Below, one piece after another: positions 27,266 to 37,082 of a DNA stretch of 47,712 bases. A model generated the notes under the pieces. It saw nothing but the letters and a program-made list of their open reading frames with translations, made no database searches and was not told where the DNA came from. How positions within the stretch are numbered: the stretch's first letter is position 1; every line of letters begins with the position of its first letter. The position numbers were made by a program, and so were the translations under genes. Source of the stretch: a virus (taxonomy: Duplodnaviria > Caudoviricetes); the IMG/VR virus record IMGVR_UViG_3300030613_000016, positions 1 through 47,712 of that record; one strand, 5' to 3'.

Positions 27266-28427
27266 AATTTGTGTAGATAATCAAGAGATTCAATTTAATA
27301 CCAATACAATAGGACAAACCTATTTAGAAGAAATTATTGGTACATTAGATTTTTTCCGTTCTTATAGATGTGTTGATAATCGCAATGGTCTTAATTTATT
27401 AGACATGGGGATTGTAACACTTCGGAAATCGATGATGTCTTTTATAGAGGGTCTGTTTACAGACATTCGAACACGATTATTAGCACAAAAAGTAGAAAGA
27501 GAAAGATATTCGATAGATAAAAAATTATATAAACATTATCTTTCTGTGAAGCGATTAGACATCCTAAATGCTTCATTAGATGAAATAAAAAAAGATTATC
27601 AAAAATTTGAAATAGAAAAAGATAAACAAAATGGAATTATCAATCAGATTAGGTCAGAAATCTCAAGTAGAGAAAAAATTATTTATTATAAACAACAAGA
27701 AATGAAAAAAATAGATGAAGGAATTTGTCCTGTTCTTAAAATTAAATGCGAAAGAATTGCTCCAAAGAATAAGCCAAATACTTTGGGTATAACTAAAGAA
27801 ATAGACATATTAACAGGAGAAATAAATATTTATAATAAACAATTAGAATCTGAAGAAGAATCAATAGAGTATTATGATGATACTTTATCTGTTCTTCGTA
27901 ATAAAGAAAGTAAAGCAAGAGAAAAATTATTAAGATTAAAGGATGCCTTCCAATTTAAAGATTATAAATATACAAAAGCTGATATAGTTATCTATGATGA
28001 AGCAATTAAAATCTTAGATTCGTTTGCTGGAAAGTATATAAAAGAATGGTTATCTTCTCTTTCTGTAATTATAAATAATTTATTACAACCTATCAACATT
28101 TCTATAGAATTTACTGCGGATAAAGATTTTTTACATGTCTTCGATAATCAACAAATGTTAAAGTATGACCAATTATCTAAAGGTCAGAAAACATTTTTAG
28201 GATGTTTATTTAAATTTGCTATCTTAATGCAACAAAATAAATCAGGGGTAGTAATTTTAGATGACGGACTTAATGATATTGATTGGATTAATTTTAAAAA
28301 TTTAATAAACATAATTAAAACTCTTCCATTTCAAGCTATTTGTGTATATCAGGGATTACAAGAAGAAATAGAAAATACTAAACATTTTACAGTTATCAGA
28401 GAAAAAAGGGTAAGTCATGTTAAATAA
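27249..28427 (+). CDS. SbcC/Rad50 ATPase, C-terminal half
   Basis: Coiled coil, hook-like GICPV...C, signature LSKGQK, Walker B VVILDDG. Confidence 0.85.
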   Translation: MKTTLKICVDNQEIQFNTNTIGQTYLEEIIGTLDFFRSYRCVDNRNGLNLLDMGIVTLRKSMMSFIEGLFTDIRTRLLAQKVERERYSIDKKLYKHYLSVKRLDILNASLDEIKKDYQKFEIEKDKQNGIINQIRSEISSREKIIYYKQQEMKKIDEGICPVLKIKCERIAPKNKPNTLGITKEIDILTGEINIYNKQLESEEESIEYYDDTLSVLRNKESKAREKLLRLKDAFQFKDYKYTKADIVIYDEAIKILDSFAGKYIKEWLSSLSVIINNLLQPINISIEFTADKDFLHVFDNQQMLKYDQLSKGQKTFLGCLFKFAILMQQNKSGVVILDDGLNDIDWINFKNLINIIKTLPFQAICVYQGLQEEIENTKHFTVIREKRVSHVK

Positions 28428-28671
28428 GAAAAAACATTTTGATTGTAAAAACTGTAATTGTCAAGAAAAAGTAAGATTTAAAAATGCAGTCATTTTTTGT
28501 TTTGGCTTGATTAAAAAACTTTATGACAAAGAAGATTTTTATCGGTTTTGTATAATTAAAAAAGGAAATCGTAATTGTAATGATATTATGCAGGAAGAAT
28601 TGTATACTTTATTAATGGGATTGTCATCAATTTTATTTCATAAAAGATTAAAAGAGATAAATAAAAAATGA
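28417..28671 (+). CDS. Cys-rich hypothetical protein
   Basis: Coupled ORF. Confidence 0.5.
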   Translation: MLNKKKHFDCKNCNCQEKVRFKNAVIFCFGLIKKLYDKEDFYRFCIIKKGNRNCNDIMQEELYTLLMGLSSILFHKRLKEINKK

Positions 28672-29102
28672 TAAAATATTATATTTTTACTATAATCTTA
28701 GCTATTATAACAGCTTTGTGGGAGATTCAGGTCGAAGGAAAATGGGGCTGGGCTAAACTCTTACCTACATTTCGTATTAATGTTTTCTTTAGAAAATTAT
28801 TAGGAGGAAAAGCATTAACTGGGTATCATATTTTTCTATTATGTCTTTTTATAACTGTATTTCATGGATTGTTTATTAATGAATTGGGTACTCTTAAAAC
28901 AGAATATAAAATATTTGGATTGGTATCTTGGTTTTTTGTTATTGAAGATACCTTATGGTTTATTTTTAATCCACATTATACTTTGAAACGATTTAGAAAA
29001 AAACAAATTGAATGGCATAATAGATGGTTTTTAGGATTACCCATTACATATTGGTGGGGAATGATTATAGGTACTGGATTGCTTTTATTAGGAGGAAAAT
29101 AA
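28668..29102 (+). CDS. membrane protein
   Basis: Four TM segments; EIQVEGKWGWA, IEDTLWF. Confidence 0.65.
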   Translation: MIKYYIFTIILAIITALWEIQVEGKWGWAKLLPTFRINVFFRKLLGGKALTGYHIFLLCLFITVFHGLFINELGTLKTEYKIFGLVSWFFVIEDTLWFIFNPHYTLKRFRKKQIEWHNRWFLGLPITYWWGMIIGTGLLLLGGK

Positions 29103-29103
29103 A

Positions 29104-29298
29104 ATGAATTATTGTAATAATTGTGATATTGCTTATGAAGGTAGAGATTGCCCTCTTTGTGATATTAAGGCAAGTTTAGAAAGTGCTGATGAAGAAATTA
29201 CAAGACAAGAAAAAACAATAGAATCTCTAAATGATAGAGTTTGCGGATTAGAAGATATTATTGTAAATTTAAAAGAAGGTGGAGCTTCAGGAGGATAA
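29104..29298 (+). CDS. Zn-finger/coiled-coil microprotein, paralog of 14105-14224
   Basis: MNYCNNCDIAYEGRDCPLC. Confidence 0.65.
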   Translation: MNYCNNCDIAYEGRDCPLCDIKASLESADEEITRQEKTIESLNDRVCGLEDIIVNLKEGGASGG

Positions 29299-29922
29299 AT
29301 GTTAAAAACCCAATTTAAAGACAAATTAGAATTCGATATTTATCTCACAGAACAAAAAGTTCGACAAGAAAAAAATTATCTTAGTGTCTCAGAAAGAAAT
29401 CAATTGAAATCTATGCAAGAAAAGGATTATAAACCTACTTTTATTAAAGAAAAAAAATCAAAACTTCCTATAATTACTAACATAGATGAATTAAGAAAAC
29501 CTTGCCAAGAAGTAACTAAAGAAGATAATATAAAAGAAATTGTACAAAAATTAAAAGATACTCTAGAAAGTGTAGGGGGATTGGGTCTTACTGCTAATCA
29601 GATAGGAATTAATAAGAGAATTTCTTATGTAAAAATTCCTAAATTTATAAATAAAGAAATTCAATATAATGAATTTATTTTAATTAATGCGAAAATTATT
29701 GAAAAAGAAAGACCTATAAAAGTTAATAATGAAGGATGTTTGTCTTTTCCTGAAGTTTATGTAGATACTTTAAGATATGTTTTTTGTACTGTAGAATCTT
29801 TAAATGAAAAATTAGAATTACAGACAAATTTATATCAAGACCTTGAAGCTCTTGCGATACAACATGAGTGCGACCATCAGAATTCGAAAACTATTTTTGA
29901 TAATAAATGGAGGGCTAAATGA
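29299..29922 (+). CDS. def: peptide deformylase
   Basis: GLGLTANQIG, EGCLS, QHECDH. Confidence 0.93.
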   Translation: MLKTQFKDKLEFDIYLTEQKVRQEKNYLSVSERNQLKSMQEKDYKPTFIKEKKSKLPIITNIDELRKPCQEVTKEDNIKEIVQKLKDTLESVGGLGLTANQIGINKRISYVKIPKFINKEIQYNEFILINAKIIEKERPIKVNNEGCLSFPEVYVDTLRYVFCTVESLNEKLELQTNLYQDLEALAIQHECDHQNSKTIFDNKWRAK

Positions 29923-30581
29923 TTGAAATATTATTTCTACTAAGTCTTTTAGTGTGTATCATAATACATGAATTGGCTCATTTTTTTGCTGCAAAAATAG
30001 TAAAATGTAAAGTAAAAGAATTTGGTATCGGTTTTGGTTCTGCTATTTTTAAATTTATGTATAAGGGCACCTGTTATAGATTGAATTGGATTCTTTTAGG
30101 GGGATATAATAAATTAGATAGTGAATTATCTTATAGTAAAAATAAACATGCATTTAGTAATTTAAAATATAGAAATAAATTATTTATTTCTTTAGCAGGA
30201 ATAAGTGTTAATATTATTGTAGGTCTTATGGCTTATTTTATAGGAAAATACAGTATAAATCATCATTTAATTATGTTTGGATTTATTAATTTATTTTTTG
30301 GAATACTGAATATAGTTTTGGGAATTACTAATTTAATTCCTTTTCCTGCATTGGATGGAAGTTATCCTATTTTAGTTTGGTTAGAAAAAATATATGGCAA
30401 ACAAAAAGGTTATAGATTGATGAATAAGATAGTTAATAAAGGAATGAAAATATTAAATGATTTTAATAAAATAACATTAACTATTTTATGTACTCTTTAT
30501 AGACATCAAATACTTGATTATATTATTGCTGGGTTAAGTAATTTTATAAAATTTTTAGGAAAAATAAAAGGAGTATTATAA
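29919..30581 (+). CDS. site-2 protease (M50, RseP-like)
   Basis: HELAH, FGIGFG, AG..VN, NLIPFPALDG. Confidence 0.9.
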   Translation: MIEILFLLSLLVCIIIHELAHFFAAKIVKCKVKEFGIGFGSAIFKFMYKGTCYRLNWILLGGYNKLDSELSYSKNKHAFSNLKYRNKLFISLAGISVNIIVGLMAYFIGKYSINHHLIMFGFINLFFGILNIVLGITNLIPFPALDGSYPILVWLEKIYGKQKGYRLMNKIVNKGMKILNDFNKITLTILCTLYRHQILDYIIAGLSNFIKFLGKIKGVL

Positions 30582-30805
30582 TGATAAGAATATTACTTTA
30601 TTTATTAGAAAAAATTCCTTATAGAACAAAATGGGGTCTTTCTCTTGCTGATGAATTAAAATATTTTTATTATTATAAAATAGGGCAATATAAAAATCCT
30701 CCAAGATGTTTATGTGGAGGAATAATTCGTACTTATGGAGCAATTTATCCTGAAGGATATACTATTGAATGTTCAAATTGCCAATTACTTATAGATGAAG
30801 ATTAA
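30581..30805 (+). CDS. hypothetical zinc-binding protein
   Basis: CLCG...CSNC. Confidence 0.5.
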   Translation: MIRILLYLLEKIPYRTKWGLSLADELKYFYYYKIGQYKNPPRCLCGGIIRTYGAIYPEGYTIECSNCQLLIDED

Positions 30806-31342
30806 ATGAAAATAAAAAATATATTTAATAAATTATTAACTTTTATTCTCCCAATTGCAGGAGGTATCTTGGGTGCAATGGGAGGGGCTGGAAATAAGTC
30901 TTTAAGAAGAATATATATACCTCTTTTATTAACTGGATTGGCTTATGCAGAATTTGAACATATTGCAGTTTTGAGTATAATGATAATGTGTGCATGGCTT
31001 TCTATGGGTTACGGAATACCTGAGCCTGATGGAAGTGATGTAGGAAGTTTGCTGGGGAGATTTTATTATAAATTATTTAATCAAAATCATAAATTAGCAG
31101 ATATTTTTACAAGAGGTACAATAGGATTATTAATTACTTTTTCTTTAATTTCTATTCCTATAATTAATCATAATTGGTTAGTTTATGGACTTGGGTCTTT
31201 AGGAATAATTTTAACGCAATCTTTAATTAGTTGGAGAGGATTTGGTACATTTAAATTATTTGGTAAAGAATTATCTTGGGTAGAATTTACAACTTGGGGA
31301 TTAATAACATTATTTGCTGTTTTAATTATAAAAATAAAATAA
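30806..31342 (+). CDS. multi-pass membrane protein
   Basis: Several TM helices; GG...RR and SMGYG motifs. Confidence 0.65.
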   Translation: MKIKNIFNKLLTFILPIAGGILGAMGGAGNKSLRRIYIPLLLTGLAYAEFEHIAVLSIMIMCAWLSMGYGIPEPDGSDVGSLLGRFYYKLFNQNHKLADIFTRGTIGLLITFSLISIPIINHNWLVYGLGSLGIILTQSLISWRGFGTFKLFGKELSWVEFTTWGLITLFAVLIIKIK

Positions 31343-31485
31343 TATGAAACATTTTTATTTTAATAAAAAACAAAATAATTATGCTTTAGCAATTTCATTT
31401 GAAATATTTTATCTTACAAAATCAATTAAATGGATTTATTTAGATATAAATTTTCTTAATTTTTATATAACAATAATAATATAAA

Positions 31486-32184
31486 ATGAAAATTAAATTT
31501 CTTAAAAAAATTAAATCTGTTAGTTTCATGGATACAATAAATCTGTATATGGAGATTTTTCCGCATGATTGGGATTACATTCCTGTTATTCGAAGATTGT
31601 TAAATAAAAATCCTAATAAAAATCGTAAACTTTATTTATTAGTTGCAGAAGAAAATAAAAGAATTATCGGGGGTTGCTTATATAGTTATTGGAAAGATAC
31701 TAAATTAGGTTTGCTAGAATATTTATTTGTAAAACAAAATATGAGAAGTAAAGGTATTGGTAGTAAACTTTATTTAAAAATGCAAAAAGAATTAAAAAAG
31801 AAAAATTGTAAACATTTAATTTTTAATATAGCAAACGATAAAAATTTTAAAAAATCAATAACCGAAGAAGAAATCAAAATTCGTCAGCGTAGATTAAAAT
31901 TTTATGAAAAATTAGGAGCAAGACCAATAAATCATTTTATTTATGAAAATCCATTAAGATGGTGTCGAATACAAGAAGATTATCATCCTTCTTATTTAGC
32001 AATGGATAGTAATTTTTCGGATAAAATAATAGGGGGGGAACTTTATAAAATAGTTAGAAGATTTTATAAAAGATTTTATTATGGAGCCAATTCCAATAAT
32101 AATAAAATTGCTCGTAAAATATTAAAATCAATCAATAAAAAAATAGATTACAATTTAAGACCTATAACTTATATTAAAAAATGA
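31486..32184 (+). CDS. GNAT acetyltransferase
   Basis: LEYLFV...RSKGIGSKL; RLKFYEKLG. Confidence 0.85.
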   Translation: MKIKFLKKIKSVSFMDTINLYMEIFPHDWDYIPVIRRLLNKNPNKNRKLYLLVAEENKRIIGGCLYSYWKDTKLGLLEYLFVKQNMRSKGIGSKLYLKMQKELKKKNCKHLIFNIANDKNFKKSITEEEIKIRQRRLKFYEKLGARPINHFIYENPLRWCRIQEDYHPSYLAMDSNFSDKIIGGELYKIVRRFYKRFYYGANSNNNKIARKILKSINKKIDYNLRPITYIKK

Positions 32185-33407
32185 ATAAAAAAATGTTTTG
32201 GATTTATATTCTTTCGGCTTCAATTTATTTTACACAGGGAATAGAAGGATTACCAGGATTAAGCCTATTCTTTTATCTTAAAGAAAAATTAGGTTTTACT
32301 CCTGAGAAAATAATGTATATTGGAACTATTGCATCTCTAAGTTGGACGATAAAACCTTTATGGGGCTATTTATGTGATAATTTCTTGTCTAATAAAATGT
32401 GGATTGTCCTCTCCTTATTAGGTAGTATTAGTATTACTCTTTATTTCGGATTAACTTCTTTCTTACCATTATCACTTTTAGTGATATTATTATCACTAGC
32501 AAGTTTTAATGCAGCTTTAAGAGATGTGTCAGTTGATGGAATAATGTGTATTGATGGAAAAGAAACTAATACTTGCGATAAAATTCAAGCAATCCAGTGG
32601 ACTTCAATTACCGTAGCATCTATTTTAGTTGGTTTAGGTGGTGGATATATAGCAGACCATTTTACTTATAAAATAGGTTATTTATGTCTTGTTCCTATTT
32701 ATTTACTTATTATGAGTATTGTACTACGATATAGAACAACTGTACCACAGAATAGAACAGATGGATTTGTCATTTCAAAAACTGCAAAATGGGTTTCTAA
32801 TTTTACTCCACCCACAGAATCACTTTTCTGGAATACTATTAAATCCTATAAAGAATTATTCATAAATAAAGGATTTTTAATTGCATGTTTATTTTTATTT
32901 TTATATAAATATAATCCTTCTTTTGGAACTCCTTTATCATTTATTGAAAGAGATATTTTTAAATGGTCTGGTCAATGGATGGGAACATTAGGAGCAATTG
33001 TATCTTGTTTTGAAATTCTAGGAGCAATTTTGTTTTTTAAATTGTGTAAAAAAATCAATATTAAAAAATGGCTTTATATTTCTGTATTCTTAGGAGCAAT
33101 TACTACATTGTGTTATCTAAAATTTACTCCAGTAACTGCGGTTGTTTATGGAGTATGCTTTTCTGTTTTGGGAATGTTTGTACATTTAATAGTAATGAGT
33201 TTTATGGCAAAATCTACAATTTCTGGTAAGGAAGCCACAAGTTTTGCATTACTTTGTTCAATTTCAAATTTGGCAGGAACTACATCTTCTTTATCAGGAG
33301 CTTTTCTCTTTCCAAAAATAGGATTACAACCATTAATTATAGTATCAGCATTAACTAGTTTTTTATGTTTACCTCTAATTAATAAACTGGAGATTAAGAA
33401 TGGATAA
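32181..33407 (+). CDS. MFS transporter, folate-biopterin (BT1)-like
   Basis: About 12 TM; YFTQG, WTIKPLWG..CD, DVSVDG, EATSFAL..SISN. Confidence 0.85.
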   Translation: MNKKMFWIYILSASIYFTQGIEGLPGLSLFFYLKEKLGFTPEKIMYIGTIASLSWTIKPLWGYLCDNFLSNKMWIVLSLLGSISITLYFGLTSFLPLSLLVILLSLASFNAALRDVSVDGIMCIDGKETNTCDKIQAIQWTSITVASILVGLGGGYIADHFTYKIGYLCLVPIYLLIMSIVLRYRTTVPQNRTDGFVISKTAKWVSNFTPPTESLFWNTIKSYKELFINKGFLIACLFLFLYKYNPSFGTPLSFIERDIFKWSGQWMGTLGAIVSCFEILGAILFFKLCKKINIKKWLYISVFLGAITTLCYLKFTPVTAVVYGVCFSVLGMFVHLIVMSFMAKSTISGKEATSFALLCSISNLAGTTSSLSGAFLFPKIGLQPLIIVSALTSFLCLPLINKLEIKNG

Positions 33408-34047
33408 TTCATTTTTAGAAAAATTTAAAGAACAGACTAAAGAAGAAATATCTAAACTAAATTATAAGAAATATTTTTATCAATATGACGAACCAAGCAA
33501 ACTTATATTAGCAAAAGAAATGAAAGATATAGAAACATATTTTAAAACAGAATTAGAATTAGATGTTTATCCAGTTTATGGTACATTATTAGGCATGGTT
33601 AGAGATAATGATTTTATAGGGTGGGATACAGATATTGATTTGGCTTATCTAAGTAAATGCCATACTAATAAAGCAGTAATGAATGAATTTAATATGATTT
33701 GTAAATTTTTAGAAGAAAGAAAATTATTATTATATCGTATAAAAACTGCTAGTCATTTACATGTATATTCTCCTACAAAATATTTAAGAATAGATTTATG
33801 GATTTCTTGGATTGATGAAAATAATAAGTATCATTTAGTATGGACTGTTTCTGGAGATATTGATTCTTCTATGATTTTACCTTTTAAGACTGTAGAATTT
33901 AAAAACCAAACTCTTCGACAAATGAATGACCCAATGAAATTTATAAATGAACATTATCCTAATTGGAATATTCCTATAGGTGGCGAGGCAAAAGATTGGG
34001 CTAAAAGAAAACCAAGATTTGAACTAGAACCCTGGCATGGAAAATAA
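33400..34047 (+). CDS. LicD-family phosphotransferase
   Basis: YGTLLGMVRDNDFIGWDTDIDL. Confidence 0.88.
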   Translation: MDNSFLEKFKEQTKEEISKLNYKKYFYQYDEPSKLILAKEMKDIETYFKTELELDVYPVYGTLLGMVRDNDFIGWDTDIDLAYLSKCHTNKAVMNEFNMICKFLEERKLLLYRIKTASHLHVYSPTKYLRIDLWISWIDENNKYHLVWTVSGDIDSSMILPFKTVEFKNQTLRQMNDPMKFINEHYPNWNIPIGGEAKDWAKRKPRFELEPWHGK

Positions 34048-34666
34048 AGGAGGAAATATGTATAAGAAAGAAGAAGAAAAAGAAGAAATTGGTAAAAAAG
34101 AAGACCGATATGGAGAAGAATTTTATTATAAACTTTTGAATAAACATAGATATATTCTTCTTTATGATGAGATTCATAATTGTTCTGCCGATGTAGTCTG
34201 TTCTAAATTAAGGGCTATGGATATTCTCGGTCATAAACCTATCTATCTCGAAATTAATAGCCCTGGGGGGTCTGTAGCGGATGGTATGAGCATCATTAAT
34301 ACTATAGAACATATTAAATCTCCAGTTATTACAATTATAAGTGGTCAAGCATGTTCGATGGCTGCTTTAATTAGTATTTGTGGTGATTATAGAATGATAT
34401 ATTCTAACTCATATTTTATGCAGCACTCTACTTCTGATATAGTTGGAGATTATATAAATTATATTAAAGATAGAACAAAATTTCTTTGTGAATTCGAACA
34501 TCGTACTGAAAAAATACTCAAATTAAAAACTAAATTAACCAGCAATGATATTATGAAGATTAGAACTGGAGAACTTTGGTTGTCGGCAGACCAATGCCTT
34601 GCAAAAGGAGTGGTAGATAAAATAATTAGTTTTAAACCTAAAAAATTTAAAAAGATACAATTATGA
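34037..34666 (+). CDS. clpP: ClpP-family protease
   Basis: INSPGGSV, ACSMA, FMQH, WLSADQCL..GVVD. Confidence 0.88.
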   Translation: MENKGGNMYKKEEEKEEIGKKEDRYGEEFYYKLLNKHRYILLYDEIHNCSADVVCSKLRAMDILGHKPIYLEINSPGGSVADGMSIINTIEHIKSPVITIISGQACSMAALISICGDYRMIYSNSYFMQHSTSDIVGDYINYIKDRTKFLCEFEHRTEKILKLKTKLTSNDIMKIRTGELWLSADQCLAKGVVDKIISFKPKKFKKIQL

Positions 34667-35274
34667 AAAAATTTTGGGTAATTAAATCAAATATTAACAG
34701 AAGACGCATAAAAAATAAATCTTTATTAAAATATTATTATTTAATTAAAAATTATTCTATTAGAAAAATAGCAAAAATCTTTAATGTAAATAATTCTACC
34801 ATAAGTAGAACTTTAAAACGAATGAATATTAAAACAAAATATAGATTAAAAATAAATCAAAATACCATGTATAAATTATATTATATTAATCATTTTTCGA
34901 TGGAGCAAATAGCTCGAAAATTTAAATGTTCGAGAGGTGTAATATTTAGAATATTAAAATTATTATCAATAAAAATAAGACCTCAAAAATTTTATTCAAA
35001 AAAAGATAGAAATGGAAGGTGGTTAGGTGGTATTTCCTTCGACCCCTATTCTATAGAATGGACTAAAGAACTTAAAGAATCAATTCGTAAAAGAGATAAC
35101 CATACTTGTCAGATTTGTCATAAATTTGGTAAACATGTACATCATGTAGATTATAATAAAGATAACTGTCAAGAAGATAATCTAATTACTTTATGTTTAA
35201 AATGCCATGTAGCAACCAATTCAAATAGAGATTATTGGTATGCTTATTTTAAATATATAACTAAAGGAGTCTAA
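34663..35274 (+). CDS. HNH homing endonuclease with tandem HTH repeats
   Basis: SIRKIAK.., SMEQIARK; IRKRDNHTCQ, HHVDYNK..C...NLITLC. Confidence 0.9.
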   Translation: MKKFWVIKSNINRRRIKNKSLLKYYYLIKNYSIRKIAKIFNVNNSTISRTLKRMNIKTKYRLKINQNTMYKLYYINHFSMEQIARKFKCSRGVIFRILKLLSIKIRPQKFYSKKDRNGRWLGGISFDPYSIEWTKELKESIRKRDNHTCQICHKFGKHVHHVDYNKDNCQEDNLITLCLKCHVATNSNRDYWYAYFKYITKGV

Positions 35275-35275
35275 A

Positions 35276-35875
35276 ATTTACTATTTTATTTCCGATTGCC
35301 ATTTTGGACATTCTAACATCTTGCGTTACTGTAAAAGACCTTTTCTTAAAGAAGGAGATTTAGATTCTAAAGGAAATTGGGTATCTCAGTATATTGCTAT
35401 TCAAAGAACAAAAGAAATGGATGAAACTATTATAAAAAATTGGAATTCCAGAGTTAAAGATGGAGATATAGTATTTTTCTTGGGAGACTTCTGTTTATCC
35501 AAAAGTTCTGAAGCTCCTGATAGTAGAAAAGATGCTTTTGATTATTATCGTTCACAATTAAATGGAGATATTATTTTCTTTAAAGGAAACCATGATGGTA
35601 ATAATAAATGCAAATCAATTATTGAAAGTATTGTTATTAATCATGGTGGAAAAAGAATTTATTTAACACATAATCCAAAATTTGCCAAAGAAGATTTTCA
35701 TTGGAATTTCTGCGGACATACTCATGGTAATGAAGGAACTTTTAAAAAATTAGGAAGAAAATCTGTTATTATAGATTTATCAGTTGATTGCTGGGAATTT
35801 CGACCTGTAGATATTAATGAGATTAATCAAGCATATAGTGAATGGTGCCGAAGAGGATGTAAAGAGGAGAAATAA
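35276..35875 (+). CDS. calcineurin-like metallophosphoesterase
   Basis: FISDCHFGH (upstream of the track start), LGDF, GNHD, THNP, GHTH; probable ATT start after AAGGAG. Confidence 0.85.
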   Translation: MYYFISDCHFGHSNILRYCKRPFLKEGDLDSKGNWVSQYIAIQRTKEMDETIIKNWNSRVKDGDIVFFLGDFCLSKSSEAPDSRKDAFDYYRSQLNGDIIFFKGNHDGNNKCKSIIESIVINHGGKRIYLTHNPKFAKEDFHWNFCGHTHGNEGTFKKLGRKSVIIDLSVDCWEFRPVDINEINQAYSEWCRRGCKEEK

Positions 35876-36597
35876 TGAAAACTGCACTTATTACGGGAAG
35901 TACTAAAGGTATAGGAAAAGAAATAGGATTGGATTTATTAGATAAAGATTATCATGTTACTTTTAATTATACACATGATACTAAGGGTGCCGAACTATTA
36001 AAAAAACAATTAGATGACCCTAGATTACCTAGAATAAAAGGAGATTATCAAATCATAAGAGCAGATTTATCTTACATAGATGATTTAGAAAAAATTATAA
36101 AAGATATTTATAAATTGGATGTTTTAATTTTAAATGCAGGAATAACTGATAGAACTCCATTTGGAAAAATTGCATTAGAAAATTGGAATCATATATTAAA
36201 TGTAAATTTAACTAATCAATTTTTTTTAATTCAAGAGTTAAAAGATAAAATTAATCCTAATGGAAAAATAATATTTATTTCTTCTATTTCTGGATTAACT
36301 ACTGATTCAACTTCTATTGCTTATGGAGTATCAAAAGCAGCAATAAACATGTTAATTCCTTATTTAGCAAAAGAATTTGCAAATAAAAAGATTACAGTTA
36401 ATGCAATAGCACCTGGATATATAGCAACAGAATGGCATAAAGGCAAATCTAAGGCACAAATTAAAAGAATAGAGAAAAAATGCATTGCTAATAGATTGGG
36501 CACTCCAGAAGAAGTTTCTAAAGCGGTTTTAAGTATAATAGATAATGATTTTATTAATGCTCAAATAATAAGGGTGGATGGGGGATTTTTAGTATGA
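35875..36597 (+). CDS. SDR oxidoreductase (FabG-like)
   Basis: TGSTKGIG, LNAG, YGVSK, VNAIAPG, VDGG. Confidence 0.92.
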   Translation: MKTALITGSTKGIGKEIGLDLLDKDYHVTFNYTHDTKGAELLKKQLDDPRLPRIKGDYQIIRADLSYIDDLEKIIKDIYKLDVLILNAGITDRTPFGKIALENWNHILNVNLTNQFFLIQELKDKINPNGKIIFISSISGLTTDSTSIAYGVSKAAINMLIPYLAKEFANKKITVNAIAPGYIATEWHKGKSKAQIKRIEKKCIANRLGTPEEVSKAVLSIIDNDFINAQIIRVDGGFLV

Positions 36598-37082
36598 CTA
36601 TAAGAGAATTCGACCCTAAAAAAGAACTAATCTTTGACCTTAAAGTATGTGAAGCCTGTAAAAGTTGTAAACGCTATGGACTTACTGGTTGTTGCCCACC
36701 TACAATTGGAACATTTGAATACTATAAGAAACTATTAAAACGTTATACCTATGGAAAAGTATTTGTAAAAAAATTTGTTGTAGATGACCCCAAAAATTGG
36801 CAAGAATTAGGTAGACAATCTTCATTAGAATTACATAAAATTTTATTAAAAGAACGTAAAAAATTATTAGATAAAGGGCATTATTTCAATGTTATTCTGG
36901 GGGGTGGTTCCTGTAAATATTGTAAAGAATGTTCTATACCATGTAAAATGCCACAATTTCGTGCTATTCCTATTGAAGCAACTGGAATAAATGTAGTAGA
37001 AACTTTAGCAAAAATGAGAATATTTATTAAATTCCCTATTAAAAAGATATTCTATAGAACGGGGGCAATTTTATGGGATTAA
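36594..37082 (+). CDS. DUF2284-like metal-binding protein
   Basis: C..YG...CPP; GGSCKYCKEC; PIEATGINV. Confidence 0.7.
   Translation: MTIREFDPKKELIFDLKVCEACKSCKRYGLTGCCPPTIGTFEYYKKLLKRYTYGKVFVKKFVVDDPKNWQELGRQSSLELHKILLKERKKLLDKGHYFNVILGGGSCKYCKECSIPCKMPQFRAIPIEATGINVVETLAKMRIFIKFPIKKIFYRTGAILWD

Noticed and set aside
26700-27280. Group I intron or intein in sbcC
   Set aside because: The HNH ORF overlaps both halves, leaving no non-coding core. There are no intein C/S...HN termini, and deleting between the two ATGAAAA copies leaves a stop codon.
1168-33412. Minus-strand ORFs in the track within the + strand block (e.g. 5785-6222, 14856-15311, 18039-18350, 22150-22683) and + strand ORFs at 42959 and 44552
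   Set aside because: They are antisense shadows of well-supported genes, with no motifs or RBS.
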